A stretch of 64,000 bases of DNA from Vicinamibacteria bacterium (GTDB lineage: Bacteria > Acidobacteriota > Vicinamibacteria > Marinacidobacterales > Marinacidobacteraceae): assembly GCA_963422395.1 (NCBI GenBank), contig OY729431.1:128001-192000 (forward strand), written 5' to 3'. Of the stretch, positions 37,982 through 48,598 are shown piece by piece; position 1 is the first letter of the stretch; every line of letters starts with the position of its first letter. Made by a program: the position numbers and the translations under genes. The notes below the pieces were generated by a model, which saw nothing but the letters and a program-made list of their open reading frames with translations, was not told where the DNA came from and made no database searches.

Positions 37982-39517
37982 TCAGCGCCCGAGGAAGACT
38001 CCGGGACGCGCTTCGGTGGTCCGCCCGTCCGCGAACACGGTTTCGCCGGCGACCAGAACCCGCTCGATGCCGATCGCGAGGGCGTGAGGGTTCTCCGGAG
38101 TCGCCCGGTCGCTCACCGTGTCCGGGTCGAAGAGGACCAGATCGGCCGCCATGCCGGGGGCGATACGGCCCCGATCGACGAATCCCATGTGGTCGGCGGC
38201 GAGCGAGGTCATGCGGCGCACCGCCTCCTCGAGACTCACGATCCGCCGCTCGCGGACGAACTGCCGGATCGCGCGGGGAAAGGAGCCGAAGCCCCGCGGA
38301 TGGGCGCCGAAGAGCCCGCCGTCGGTAGCGAGGTTCGCATGCTCCCAGGCGAAGATCGCGGCGATGTCGTCCTCGTTCATGCTGGTGGCGAGCACCGACT
38401 CCACCCGCGCCCCGGGGGGCTGCTCCGGATCGATGCGCATCGTCTCGGCTTCCCGGATCAGCCACAACAGCGCCGCCGCCGGTTCCTCCCCGCGTTCTTC
38501 GGCGATGCTCGAAAGCGTACGCCCGGCGTAGGCCGGCTCGGGCGCGTACAGCGGGATCAGCATCCCCTCGGGCGGCGCGAGTTCGCGCACCACGAAGCGG
38601 GCTTCTTCGAGATCGTCGAAATCCCGGTCGGGGAACATCACCGTGAGAGTGGACTGCCAGAACGGGTAGGGGTACACATCCAGAGTGACCGCAACCCCTT
38701 CGGCGCGGGCCTCGTCCAGCCGGCCGAGGAGCCAGGGCGCTTCTCCCCAAAGGCTGCGCATCGCCAGCTTGGCGTGGGAGATCTGCACCGGCATCCCGGT
38801 GTCCGCCCCGATCCGGAGGATCTCCTCCACTGCTTCGCGGAAGAAGCGGTCCTCGCTGCGGAGATGGCTGATGTAGCGGCCGCCAGCGGCGGCCGCGGCG
38901 CGCGCGAGCTCGATCACCTCTTCCGGGGCCGCGTAGATGCCCGGGTCGTATTCGAGTCCGGTGCTGAGACCGAGCGCTCCGGCTTCGAGTTCGGTTTCGA
39001 GCAGCCGCCGCATCGAGGCGATCTCCTCCCCGGTGGCCTCGCGGCGGAAGTCGGCGCCGAGGAGCCTGCGCCGCAAGGTGTTGTGGCCCGCGTAACTCGC
39101 CACATGTACCGTGGCCGGGGCCGCTTCGAGGCGGGTGCGGAATGCGGCGAGCGGCCAGGGCGAGCTGCCGTCCTGGCCGACCACCACCGTGGTGATGCCC
39201 TGGCTCACCGCCGCGGTGGCGTCGGGCCTCTCGAAGATGTCCGAATCGGCATGGCTGTGGGTGTCCACGAATCCCGGAGCGAGGACCAGGCCGCCGGCGT
39301 CGAGCACTCGGTCACCGGAAGCCGGCCGGACTTCCGGACCCACCGCCTCGATCCAGCCGCCCACGATCCGTACCGCGCCGGAATAGGCGGGAGCCCCCGA
39401 GCCGTCCGCGATCCGGGCGTTCTCGATGACTAGCGGCGGCGGGTTCCCGCCTTGGCACGCCGCGAGCGCGAGCGCCACTCCGGCGGCTGCCGGAACGAAA
39501 GCCGGGCGCGGTTTCAC
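37982..39517 (-). CDS. N-acyl-D-amino-acid deacylase (amidohydrolase)
   Basis: APGFVDTHSH, SQGITT, HPRGFGSFPR, GMAADLVLFD. Confidence 0.9.
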   Translation of the reverse strand: MKPRPAFVPAAAGVALALAACQGGNPPPLVIENARIADGSGAPAYSGAVRIVGGWIEAVGPEVRPASGDRVLDAGGLVLAPGFVDTHSHADSDIFERPDATAAVSQGITTVVVGQDGSSPWPLAAFRTRLEAAPATVHVASYAGHNTLRRRLLGADFRREATGEEIASMRRLLETELEAGALGLSTGLEYDPGIYAAPEEVIELARAAAAAGGRYISHLRSEDRFFREAVEEILRIGADTGMPVQISHAKLAMRSLWGEAPWLLGRLDEARAEGVAVTLDVYPYPFWQSTLTVMFPDRDFDDLEEARFVVRELAPPEGMLIPLYAPEPAYAGRTLSSIAEERGEEPAAALLWLIREAETMRIDPEQPPGARVESVLATSMNEDDIAAIFAWEHANLATDGGLFGAHPRGFGSFPRAIRQFVRERRIVSLEEAVRRMTSLAADHMGFVDRGRIAPGMAADLVLFDPDTVSDRATPENPHALAIGIERVLVAGETVFADGRTTEARPGVFLGR

Positions 39518-39536
39518 GAACGCCGGCGGGAGCCGA

Positions 39537-39866
39537 TCAGCCGACGAGTTCGTGCAGCCGGGCGGCGAGCTTGTCCTTCGGCTGCACCCCGACGACCTGG
39601 CCGACGACCTCGCCCTGCTTGAAGAAGAGCAGTGTCGGGATCGAGCGGACACGGAATTTTTCGGCGATCCGCGGCTCCTCGTCCACATTCAGCTTGCCGA
39701 TGACCGCCACGCCCTCGAATTCTGCCGCCAGCTCGGAGATGGCGGGAGCGATCATCCGGCAAGGGCCGCACCATTCGGCCCAGAAGTCCACGAGAGTCGG
39801 CTGTTCCCCGCCGACCGCCTCGTCGAAGTTGTCGCTCGTCAGTTGCAACGCGTTGCCATCGGCCAT
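39537..39866 (-). CDS. trxA: Thioredoxin
   Basis: DFWAEWCGPC, SIPT. Confidence 0.96.
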   Translation of the reverse strand: MADGNALQLTSDNFDEAVGGEQPTLVDFWAEWCGPCRMIAPAISELAAEFEGVAVIGKLNVDEEPRIAEKFRVRSIPTLLFFKQGEVVGQVVGVQPKDKLAARLHELVG

Positions 39867-39999
39867 TTTCGGGGGTGCTCCACTCCGGGGAATTCAGGAA
39901 AAGGGGACGCCCCGCCACCCGCCAGCGTCCCGGGAAGGGCCTCCATTCTAGCCGGGGGAGAAGAGACGGCTACGGCATACTTCGTCGGCGCGGGCCGCC

Positions 40000-40920
40000 A
40001 TGTCGCATGACCATCTCCACGCGCCGGCGGGGAAAGCGGGCAGGCGGCCGTCCCGGACCGCGCTCGGCGTCGCGCTCGGCTGCACCCTGACGATCGCTGC
40101 CGCCGAATTCGTCGGCGGCCTCTGGGCGGGCAGCCTTGCTCTCCAGGGCGATGCCGGCCACATGCTGAGCGACAGCGCGGCGCTCGGGGTGTCGCTCCTC
40201 GCCGCCTGGCTCGCCACGCGTCCCCTGACCGCCCGGCGGACCTTCGGATTCCACCGCGCGGAAGTGCTGGCGGCGCTGCTCAATTCGCTTCTGCTGCTGA
40301 CGATCGCCGGCTGGGTCGGCATCCGCGCGGCGGCCCGGCTCGGCCATCCGGCGGATGTCGCCGCGCTGCCGGTGCTGGTGATCGCCAGCATCGGACTCGT
40401 GGTGAACCTGGCAGCGCTGCGGATCCTCGGCGGCCACCAGCACCGCAGCCTCAACATCCGGGGCGCGTTCTTGCATGTCTTCGGCGACACCCTCGGCTCG
40501 GCCGGGGTCATCGTCTCCGCCCTCGTGATCCATTTCACCGGCTGGACCACGGTGGATGTACTGGTATCGCTCGGCATCGCCGCCTTGCTCGTCCTGTCCG
40601 GAGCGCGGCTGCTGCGCGACAGCGTGTCGGTATTGATGCTCGCCACGCCTTCCGAAGTGGACGGAGAAGCGGTCCGCGCCGGGCTCCTGTCGCTGGCCGG
40701 CATCCGGGGCATCCACGACCTGCACATCTGGACGATCAACAGCGGGTTCGTCTCGCTATCCTGCCACGCCGACATCGAACCCGACACCGCACCGGATCAG
40801 GTTCTTCGGAGTGCGACGAACCTGCTTCGGGAACGCTTCGGCATCCGCCATGTGACGATCCAGCCGGAAGCCAGCCGGGCCCACGGCGAAGCCGATTCCT
40901 GTCAGATTCTCGCCACTTGA
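40000..40920 (+). CDS. Cation diffusion facilitator (CzcD/ZitB-like)
   Basis: DAGHMLSD, TFGFHRAEVLAA, HVFGD, HDLHIW, HVTIQ. Confidence 0.93.
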   Translation: MSHDHLHAPAGKAGRRPSRTALGVALGCTLTIAAAEFVGGLWAGSLALQGDAGHMLSDSAALGVSLLAAWLATRPLTARRTFGFHRAEVLAALLNSLLLLTIAGWVGIRAAARLGHPADVAALPVLVIASIGLVVNLAALRILGGHQHRSLNIRGAFLHVFGDTLGSAGVIVSALVIHFTGWTTVDVLVSLGIAALLVLSGARLLRDSVSVLMLATPSEVDGEAVRAGLLSLAGIRGIHDLHIWTINSGFVSLSCHADIEPDTAPDQVLRSATNLLRERFGIRHVTIQPEASRAHGEADSCQILAT

Positions 40921-43523
40921 AGCAAGGCGCCCTCTTTCTGCTCGCCGCCCTCGCCGCGGCTGCGGCAGTTGCTGCTGCCGCCGTCACCCCTGCGGTCGTC
41001 CCTGCTGCCGCCGCCGGGTCTGGCCCCGAGGCCCAGATGAGCCCGCTCCGCTACCCGGCGGTGGCCGGCGGCCAGATCCGGGTGGAGAACTACCTGGTCC
41101 CGCGGGTCACCTCGTGGCCCGCCTATCCCGCCTGGTCCCCCGACGGCGCCGAGATCGCCTTCGCGCTCGACGGCCGCCTCTGGGCGGTCCCCGCGGGCGG
41201 CGGGACGGCGCGCCAGATCACCGGCGGGCCGGAGGACGCCTCTCCCGCCTACGACTTCGAGCCCGACTGGACTCCTGACGGGCGGTGGCTCGTCTTCTCC
41301 CGCGATCTCGATGGAAACCTGGACATCTGGCGGGGGAATGCGGCGGGCGGCGGGGTTCCCGAACGCCTGACCCGGCGTCCGGAGATGGACTTCCATCCGC
41401 GCGCCGCCGGGGGCGGGCGGGTGTTCTACGCCTCGGCGGCCTCGGGCAGCTTCGACATCCGCGCCGCCGCGCCCGAGGGGGTGGGCTCCTGGACCGACAG
41501 CCTCGTCTGGGGCGGCGGCTCCAACGAAATCCAGCCCGACCCCGGCCCCGGCTTCGGCGAAGAAGCGGGCGGCGGCTTCCTCGTCGCGGTCTCGTCCCGC
41601 TCGGATCATCCCGGAACCGGCGGCATCTTCCGCCTCGAGGACGGGGGCGGCCACCGGGAGCTCCATGTCGAGGAAACCACCTTCCGCACCCGCCCGGCGG
41701 TCTCCCCGGACGGCAGCCTGATCGCCTTCGCCTCCGACATCCGCGGCAGCTACGACCTCTTCCTGCTTCCCGCGGACGGCGGCCTCCCCTTCCGGCTGAC
41801 CCGCGACGACGACTGGGACGAACGGGATCCGGCGTGGTCCCCGGACGGCCGGGAGATCGTCTTCACCACCAACCGCTACGGTCGGCCCGAACTCCGGGTC
41901 GTCGGCGTCTTCGGCGGCGGCGAGCGGGTGGTTCCGGTGACCGGTCTAAACCGTGCGGGTCCGGCGTGGGGGCGCCTCCGGGTGCGGCCGAGCCAGGCGG
42001 CGCGGGCCACCGTGATCGGGGCCGACGGGCGGAGCCACGCTCCCCGGGGCGCCTTCCGGCGCATCGTCTCCTATACCGAAACCCACTACTTCCACGCCGG
42101 CGGCGAATTCTCCCTCGAACTGCCCCCCGGCCCGGCCACCGTCCGGCTCAAGCGGGGGGTGGAGTTCCACCCCTGGGAGCGTGAGATCGCGGTGCGTTCG
42201 GGAGAGGAGACCGTGGTCACGGCCGAGCTCGAAAGGTTCACCGACGGGGAGGCGGCGGGCTGGATCTCCGGAGACACCCATGTGCACGATCTCCACGCTG
42301 GCGATCTGCGGATCACTCCGGAGGACCTGGTGGCGCAGGCGGAGGCCGAAGCGGTCCGGGTGGTCCACGCGCTCCTCCATGTGGACGGCTCTCGAACGAT
42401 GGGCGATCCGGCCCGGTTCGTCGCCGGGCGGCATCCGGCTTCGACGGAAAGCGTCTGGCTCCGTTACGGCCAGGAATACCGGATGCCCTTCGGCCACCGC
42501 ACCTTCCTGAACCCGGAGCGGCTCTTCTTCCCGCTCGCGACCGGGGTCCGGGGCACTGCTCGCGAAGCACCTTTCCCGCCGCTCTTCGAGTACATCCGGC
42601 GCCTCCGGTCCGAGCAGGGCGAACAGGTACTGGTCGGCATGCCCCATCCCTACTTCGGCTATCTGGCCGAGGGGAAGGCGTTCACCGGAGACTCGCCTTC
42701 CGAGATCCCGCTGGACGCGGCGCTCGGGGTCGTGGATTTCTTCGACATCAACTGCATCCCCAGTTCGGAAGCAGGGGCGGCGGCGATCTACGCGAGGCTG
42801 CTGGGCGCCGGGTTCCGCCTCGCCGCCGCCGGCGGTTCGGACACTTTCTCCGACACCTCCCGCGACCCACCGCTCGGCACCGGCCGGACCTATGTGCGGG
42901 TGGAAGGCCCGCCCGGGATCGAGGCCTGGCACGCCGGGCTCCGCGCCGGGCGCAGCTTCGCAACGAACGGCCCGCTGCTGGAGCTGAGCGTGGACGGCGC
43001 CGGGATGGGGGAGGAGATTCGGCGTGAGGGTCCGGTTCGGCTGCCGGTCCGGGCGCGCGCGGTGTCCGCTACGCCCCTCGCGCGGCTCGCGGTGCTGGTG
43101 AACGGCGAGGTCTGGCGGGAAGCGGGGCCCGAACCGGCGGGGGAAGGCCCGCCCGATCCGGTGGCGGGATCGCCCTTCGCGCTGGAGATCGCCGGAGAAA
43201 TCGAGCTCCCGGACAGCGCCTGGATCGCAGTGCGCGCCGAGGGGCCCCGTTCCGTCTGGACCACCGACAGTTCGCTCTTCGCCCACTCCTCGCCGGTGTA
43301 TGTGCTGCTCGACGGACGGGAGATCGTGGTGGAGGCCGACCGGCTCTATCTGGAGCGTACAATCGAGGACTTCGGAGAAGCGATGGGGCGGCGCGGAGAC
43401 TGGGGGAACGAAGCACAGCGCGCCCTCGTCCTCGCCGGCGTCGAAGAAGCCCTCGCCCGCATCCGCTCGAAGCGCCGTTCCCGCGACCCGGAAAACCCGG
43501 ACGGGCAGAACCAGACCCGATGA
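40917..43523 (+). CDS. PD40/TolB-like propeller fused to CehA/McbA-type PHP metallohydrolase
   Basis: Repeated PAWSPDG motifs; WISGDTHVH, GGSD, GRSFATNGP, AHSSPVY. Confidence 0.82.
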   Translation: MKQGALFLLAALAAAAAVAAAAVTPAVVPAAAAGSGPEAQMSPLRYPAVAGGQIRVENYLVPRVTSWPAYPAWSPDGAEIAFALDGRLWAVPAGGGTARQITGGPEDASPAYDFEPDWTPDGRWLVFSRDLDGNLDIWRGNAAGGGVPERLTRRPEMDFHPRAAGGGRVFYASAASGSFDIRAAAPEGVGSWTDSLVWGGGSNEIQPDPGPGFGEEAGGGFLVAVSSRSDHPGTGGIFRLEDGGGHRELHVEETTFRTRPAVSPDGSLIAFASDIRGSYDLFLLPADGGLPFRLTRDDDWDERDPAWSPDGREIVFTTNRYGRPELRVVGVFGGGERVVPVTGLNRAGPAWGRLRVRPSQAARATVIGADGRSHAPRGAFRRIVSYTETHYFHAGGEFSLELPPGPATVRLKRGVEFHPWEREIAVRSGEETVVTAELERFTDGEAAGWISGDTHVHDLHAGDLRITPEDLVAQAEAEAVRVVHALLHVDGSRTMGDPARFVAGRHPASTESVWLRYGQEYRMPFGHRTFLNPERLFFPLATGVRGTAREAPFPPLFEYIRRLRSEQGEQVLVGMPHPYFGYLAEGKAFTGDSPSEIPLDAALGVVDFFDINCIPSSEAGAAAIYARLLGAGFRLAAAGGSDTFSDTSRDPPLGTGRTYVRVEGPPGIEAWHAGLRAGRSFATNGPLLELSVDGAGMGEEIRREGPVRLPVRARAVSATPLARLAVLVNGEVWREAGPEPAGEGPPDPVAGSPFALEIAGEIELPDSAWIAVRAEGPRSVWTTDSSLFAHSSPVYVLLDGREIVVEADRLYLERTIEDFGEAMGRRGDWGNEAQRALVLAGVEEALARIRSKRRSRDPENPDGQNQTR

Positions 43524-45142
43524 AACGGATCCTCTTCTTCGCGGTCCTGATCTGCGGCGGTTGCGGCGTGCCCGACCTCGTGCGGGGGCGTTCCGCTGCC
43601 GGCGAGGAGATCCAGACCCATCTCTACGCCCTGGAAATCGAAAATGCCTGGGTGGATGAACCGCAGGCGACCGGTGGAGCCTTCGCGGTGCTGGGCGGCG
43701 ATCTGCTGGTCGTCACCGCCACCGGGAGGATCTTCCTGCTGCGCGCAGGTGCAGAGGCCGCGGAATTCCTCGACGAGACCGTTCCCATGAACCTCTCGGC
43801 GTGGGAAGCGAACGAATCCTTCCCGCAAAAGGAATACAGTCATTTCCGGGTCGCGGACATCCTGCTGAAAGCGCATTCGCAAGAGCGCTTCGAGCTGTTC
43901 GTCACCCACCACTTCGCAACCGAAGACTGTGTCCGGTTCCGGCTGTCTTCCACCTTCGTGGAGCGTTCGTCCCCAGAAGTGCCGGGGAGCGAAGCTGCGG
44001 TCACCGTGCTGCCGTCGTGGAGGACCGTGTTCGACGCGGACCCGTGCATCGACGGCTTCTTGAGCGAAGAGTCCGGCGGAAGGATGGTGACCGACGGCCC
44101 CGATCATCTGCTGGTCCAGATCGGGGATCACGGGAGGGATGGCTGGAGCACCGGCCCCTACCGAAGAACCCCCCTCTCCGACGATCCCGACTCGCATTTC
44201 GGCAAGCTGCTGCGGGTAGCGGTGGATACCGGAGAAACGGAGATCGTGGCCATCGGCTTTCGCAACCCTCAGGGGCTCGTTCGGGATGCGGACGGCAGGC
44301 TGTGGGCCACCGATCACGGACCGCAGGCCGGGGATGAACTGAATCTCGTCGAGCCGGGCGCCCATTACGGCTGGCCGCGGGCGAGTTACGGGGTGGAGTA
44401 CGGCCGCCGGGCCTCGCTTCCGATCGGGTACGAGAGGATGGGCCGCCACGACGGCTTTCGAGAGCCGGCCTTCGCCTGGGTGCCTGCGATCGGCATCTCC
44501 AATCTCGTCGTGAACGACGAGCACTCGTTTCCGCTCTGGAAGGACGATCTGCTCGTTGCCTCGCTGAAGGACGGACTTCTGTTCCGGCTCCGCCGAAGCG
44601 GCGGGATCGTGCGGTATGCCGAGGAGATTCGGGGCCTCCGTTCCATCAGGGATCTGGCCTGGATGCCGGATGGCCGGCTGGCGGTGTTGTTCCCCCATGA
44701 AGGGAACCGGGTGGCCTTCCTGAGCCGCTCCACGGCGTACTGCGACGAGGCTTCGCGGGAGACCCGCGATGTGTACGCGGCGCACTGCGAGAGCGAATCG
44801 CCGGCTGCTGAAGATCCGAGTTCGGAAGAGCAGCGTTCGCAAGTGACCGCCGAGCGGCTCTACGACCGGCACTGCGGCTCCTGTCACGGCTCGGACCTCG
44901 AACGCCACGGCCCGGATGGGCCCAGTCTGTCGGGGGTGATCGGAAGGCGCGCCGGGAGTGCGGACGGGTATTCGTTCTCGACGGCGTTCGCTTCGCTGGA
45001 CCTCGTCTGGACGGAGGACGAGCTGGTGCGGTTACTCGTGAATCCGCAGCTGTTCGCCGGCGGTTCGATGATGCAACTCAGCGTCACCGAAGCGGAAGCC
45101 CGCACCATCGTGGATTTCCTGGCAACAGCTTCAGAGCGTTAG
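43520..45142 (+). CDS. PQQ-dependent sugar dehydrogenase (GSDH) with C-terminal cytochrome c
   Basis: GFRNPQGL, DHGPQAGDELN, HYGWP; CGSCH heme motif. Confidence 0.85.
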   Translation: MKRILFFAVLICGGCGVPDLVRGRSAAGEEIQTHLYALEIENAWVDEPQATGGAFAVLGGDLLVVTATGRIFLLRAGAEAAEFLDETVPMNLSAWEANESFPQKEYSHFRVADILLKAHSQERFELFVTHHFATEDCVRFRLSSTFVERSSPEVPGSEAAVTVLPSWRTVFDADPCIDGFLSEESGGRMVTDGPDHLLVQIGDHGRDGWSTGPYRRTPLSDDPDSHFGKLLRVAVDTGETEIVAIGFRNPQGLVRDADGRLWATDHGPQAGDELNLVEPGAHYGWPRASYGVEYGRRASLPIGYERMGRHDGFREPAFAWVPAIGISNLVVNDEHSFPLWKDDLLVASLKDGLLFRLRRSGGIVRYAEEIRGLRSIRDLAWMPDGRLAVLFPHEGNRVAFLSRSTAYCDEASRETRDVYAAHCESESPAAEDPSSEEQRSQVTAERLYDRHCGSCHGSDLERHGPDGPSLSGVIGRRAGSADGYSFSTAFASLDLVWTEDELVRLLVNPQLFAGGSMMQLSVTEAEARTIVDFLATASER

Positions 45143-45257
45143 ATTCGGCGCAACGGCCTCGGGGCCTCGGGCTTTCCCCCGGCGTTCTCGAAGGTCGCCT
45201 CCGCCGGATGCGGTGGCGGTCCGCGGTGCCGCTCCGGTAGCCTGCTCCGCGCGCAAC

Positions 45258-46691
45258 ATGCCGTCGAGTCAGGCCGGATTCGATGCCGTGGTGGTGGGCG
45301 GCGGCCCGGCGGGGTGCTTCGCCGCCCGCCAGCTCGCGGTCTTCGGCTGTCGAGTGGCGCTCGTCCACTCGCCCCGCCGGCGCCGCCAGCATCTGGGAGA
45401 GAGCCTCTCCGCCTCGGCGCCGCGCCTGCTCGCTTCCTACGGTCTCGAACTGCCGCCGGCGGTGTTCGCGCCGCGCCCGGCAGACCACTTCGTCCGCTGG
45501 GGCGGGCGGGAGGAGCGCGTCGCGGTCCAGCCCGAAGACGGCGCGGGCGAGGGGCAGCGGTTGGTCCGCCGGGACCGGCTCGACGACTGGGCGCTCGCCG
45601 AGGCGCGCCGCGCCGGGGTGCGGGTTCTGGAAGGTTCGGCGGCCGCACCCGAGGCCGGAACCGACGGTGATGGGACTGCTCTCGCGGTCCGGGAGCGCGG
45701 CAGCGGAGAACTGCGGCTCGCCGCCCGCGCGCTCGTGGACGCCAGCGGCCGGAGCGGCGTGCTGACCCGGCACTCGAGGAAACGGCCCGCCTGGCGCACC
45801 ACCGCGCTCACCGCGCACCTGGCTCCCGGCGACCGGGCGGGCACGCTCATCGAATCGTTCTCCGACGGTTGGGTCTGGAGCGCGCCCGTGCTCGACGGGA
45901 GACGGGATGTCACGGTGATGCTCGATGCCGAAGCGGCCGCCGGGAGGGCCGAGGAGTGCTTTCGCGAGGCGATTCGGCGGGTGGACCTTTCGGGGTTCGT
46001 CGCCGGCGATCTCCTGACACCCGTCCGGGCGGCGGAGGTGACCCCCTATCGCCTCGCTGCTGCTGCTGCCGCCGTCCGCGAGGTTTCGCCGCTGCTCGCC
46101 GTCGGCGACGCGGCGAGCGCGCTCGATCCGCTCACTGGCCTCGGGACGATGAAGGCGATGGATTCCGGGCTCACTGGAGCCGTGGCGATGCGCACCGCAC
46201 TCGAACGGCCGAGGGAGGCCGGGCTCGCGCTCGCGTTCCACGCGGAGAAGGAGGCCGGACTCGCGGCGGAGTCGGCGGACCGGATCGCCGCCTTCCACGC
46301 AGGCGAACATCGCTTCGGCGGCCGGCCCTTCTGGAGCCGCCGGTCGCGGGAAGCGCCGCCGCCGCCGGCTGCGCCAGCGCTCGCTCCGAACGACCGGCTG
46401 GCGCCCACTCCCGGGGCGCGGGTGGAGCGCCGCGGGGTCCTCGAAGCGGACTGGATCGTGGCGGCCGAAGTTCTGGTCCGCCCCGGCCGGGCCCGCCCGG
46501 TGCACCGTCTTCGCGGGATCCTCCTCCCCGAACTCTTCCGGACCGCCTGCGCGTCCGGCAGAGTCGGGCGGACGGTCGAGCGCTTCCCGACGCCCGCAAC
46601 GACGGGAGTGCGGGAAGAGGTGACGGCGGGGCTTTCCTGGCTGGTGCGGGAAGGTTTCCTGGCCGCTACTCCGTCCGGCGGCCCTCCCTGA
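45258..46691 (+). CDS. FAD-dependent monooxygenase/halogenase (QhpG/LodB-like)
   Basis: GGGPAG, GESL, DASGR, GWVWSAP, VGDAASALDPLTGLG. Confidence 0.75.
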   Translation: MPSSQAGFDAVVVGGGPAGCFAARQLAVFGCRVALVHSPRRRRQHLGESLSASAPRLLASYGLELPPAVFAPRPADHFVRWGGREERVAVQPEDGAGEGQRLVRRDRLDDWALAEARRAGVRVLEGSAAAPEAGTDGDGTALAVRERGSGELRLAARALVDASGRSGVLTRHSRKRPAWRTTALTAHLAPGDRAGTLIESFSDGWVWSAPVLDGRRDVTVMLDAEAAAGRAEECFREAIRRVDLSGFVAGDLLTPVRAAEVTPYRLAAAAAAVREVSPLLAVGDAASALDPLTGLGTMKAMDSGLTGAVAMRTALERPREAGLALAFHAEKEAGLAAESADRIAAFHAGEHRFGGRPFWSRRSREAPPPPAAPALAPNDRLAPTPGARVERRGVLEADWIVAAEVLVRPGRARPVHRLRGILLPELFRTACASGRVGRTVERFPTPATTGVREEVTAGLSWLVREGFLAATPSGGPP

Positions 46692-47029
46692 CCCCGTCGT
46701 ATCCAGATTCCTCGGAGCCCGGCATCTGGGACTTCCTCCGACCGACGGTGATCCATCCCGGCGGCGCTCCGCCCGGAGAAGCGGCCAGGTCTGGAAGCTC
46801 GCACCATTCCATTTCACGGATTGCTAGGATTTCCGGAACATCGACGCGATACGGATCGTTGACTCCTCATTCCGGCACCGCGGCGCCCGCTCGGACGCTC
46901 GCGCGACAGAAGATGAGGCGGCTCGCAGTTCTGCGGAGAGCCGCGCGGCGCCTGGTTCCTTCCGATCCGGGCGTTCGTCCCGGATCGACTCCGCACCGAT
47001 CGGTCGGTGCCCCGCCGAAAGGAGAACCG

Positions 47030-48598
47030 ATGGATTTTCATCAACCGCGCGCCCGCTTCCGACGGGAACCCCGACTGGCCGGGTGGCGCGGTGCGGTGTT
47101 CGGCCTGCTCCTCGGCGTTTCGCCGTCGGCCGCTGCCGCGCAAGCCCTGGAACGCTCTCCGGCAAGTGCTTCCGCCGATGAGGTCCTCGACCGGTACCGC
47201 GGCCTGATCGAACAGGAGACGCTCGCCTTCACCATCTCGCAGGCGGTGGAGGTGGCCACCGCGCTCCACCCCGAAGTGCGCCGCAACCAAGAGAAGCTCG
47301 CCGAGTTTCCGATGCTGGTTCGGGAGGCCCGCGCCGCGTACCTTCCGAGGCTGGATCTCAACCTCCAAATGGCCCAGACCCGCGATCCGGGATTCCGGAA
47401 CAGCCCCTTCTTCTCGCGGCTCATCGAGGATCCGGAGGCCGCTGCGGGGTTCGGCGGCCCGGACCCGTCTGCTTTCGGCAGCGCTTTCACTTTCGGCACC
47501 TATCTCTGGAACTTCCAGTTGTCCCAGACGGTCTGGAGTTTCCGATTCCAACCGTCCCTGCACGGGGTGGAGGTGGGCCGGTCGCTCGCCGAGGCGGATC
47601 TCGCCGAGGCCGAGATCCGAATCGCCCGCGACACCGCCGGCCGGCTCTACGCCTACCTGCTGGGGCTTCGCACCCGGGAGGTGCTGGCACAGGCGGTTGC
47701 GACCCGCGAGCGGGGTTTGGTCCTCGCGCAGGATCGGCTCGAGCTCGGGGCGGGTGCGCGGCTGGATGTGCTGCGGGCGCGCGTCCAGCTTTCCCGTCTT
47801 CGACGCCAGCTTTCCGATGCCGAGGACGCACTCACCGTCGAGCGCGCCGGGATCAACGCACTCGTGGGCCGTGAACAGCACAAGGCGATCGAAGTCCTCG
47901 ACGAACTCGCGCTTCCCGATCCGGTTCCGCGGCTGCTTCCGGCCGCCGCTCTGATGGAACTCGCCGGCGAGCGCCGGCCGGCGCTGCGCCGGTTCGGCAT
48001 CGACCGCGACCTGCTGGAGGTGCAGCAGCAGCTCACCCGAGCGGACTCGCGCCCGGAGGTGCAGGCGAACGCCTCCTACGGGATCAACACCTTCACCTTC
48101 GGAAACGCCTACGACTTCGCTCTGCACAACTGGAACGCTGGCGTCTCGCTGACCTGGACCCTCTTCGACGGCTTCGAGACCGGCTCGCGCCTCGCGAGCC
48201 TGCGGTCGCAACGGACGCAGAAGGAGTGGGAGGAGAACGAGTACGAATCCAGTCTAGAAGTGCAGCTGCGGAACGCTTCGGCCGGCTGGCTGGCGGCGCT
48301 GAACGCCGTCGAGGAAGCGACCCTGGCTCTCGAAGAGGCCGCCGAGGCGGAGCGGGTCGCCGCCGAAGAGGCGGCCGCCGGCGCCGCGACTCCGTACCTG
48401 ATCATGGAGGCCGCCCAGACGCGGCGGGAAGTGGAACTCGAAAGCGCGCGGCATACCCACGATGCCCTCGCAGCGCTCGCCGAACTGAAGTATCTCGTCG
48501 GATATCCGGCGAACGCCCCCCATTCGGTCCTTGCCGATGGAGCCGCCCGCGCGGCGGACGCTCCCGAGACGGAGCCAGACAGAGAGGAAGAACGGTGA
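47030..48598 (+). CDS. TolC-family outer membrane factor
   Basis: ARAAYLPRLDL, ELGAGARLDVLRA, WNAGVSLTWTLFDG. Confidence 0.88.
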   Translation: MDFHQPRARFRREPRLAGWRGAVFGLLLGVSPSAAAAQALERSPASASADEVLDRYRGLIEQETLAFTISQAVEVATALHPEVRRNQEKLAEFPMLVREARAAYLPRLDLNLQMAQTRDPGFRNSPFFSRLIEDPEAAAGFGGPDPSAFGSAFTFGTYLWNFQLSQTVWSFRFQPSLHGVEVGRSLAEADLAEAEIRIARDTAGRLYAYLLGLRTREVLAQAVATRERGLVLAQDRLELGAGARLDVLRARVQLSRLRRQLSDAEDALTVERAGINALVGREQHKAIEVLDELALPDPVPRLLPAAALMELAGERRPALRRFGIDRDLLEVQQQLTRADSRPEVQANASYGINTFTFGNAYDFALHNWNAGVSLTWTLFDGFETGSRLASLRSQRTQKEWEENEYESSLEVQLRNASAGWLAALNAVEEATLALEEAAEAERVAAEEAAAGAATPYLIMEAAQTRREVELESARHTHDALAALAELKYLVGYPANAPHSVLADGAARAADAPETEPDREEER

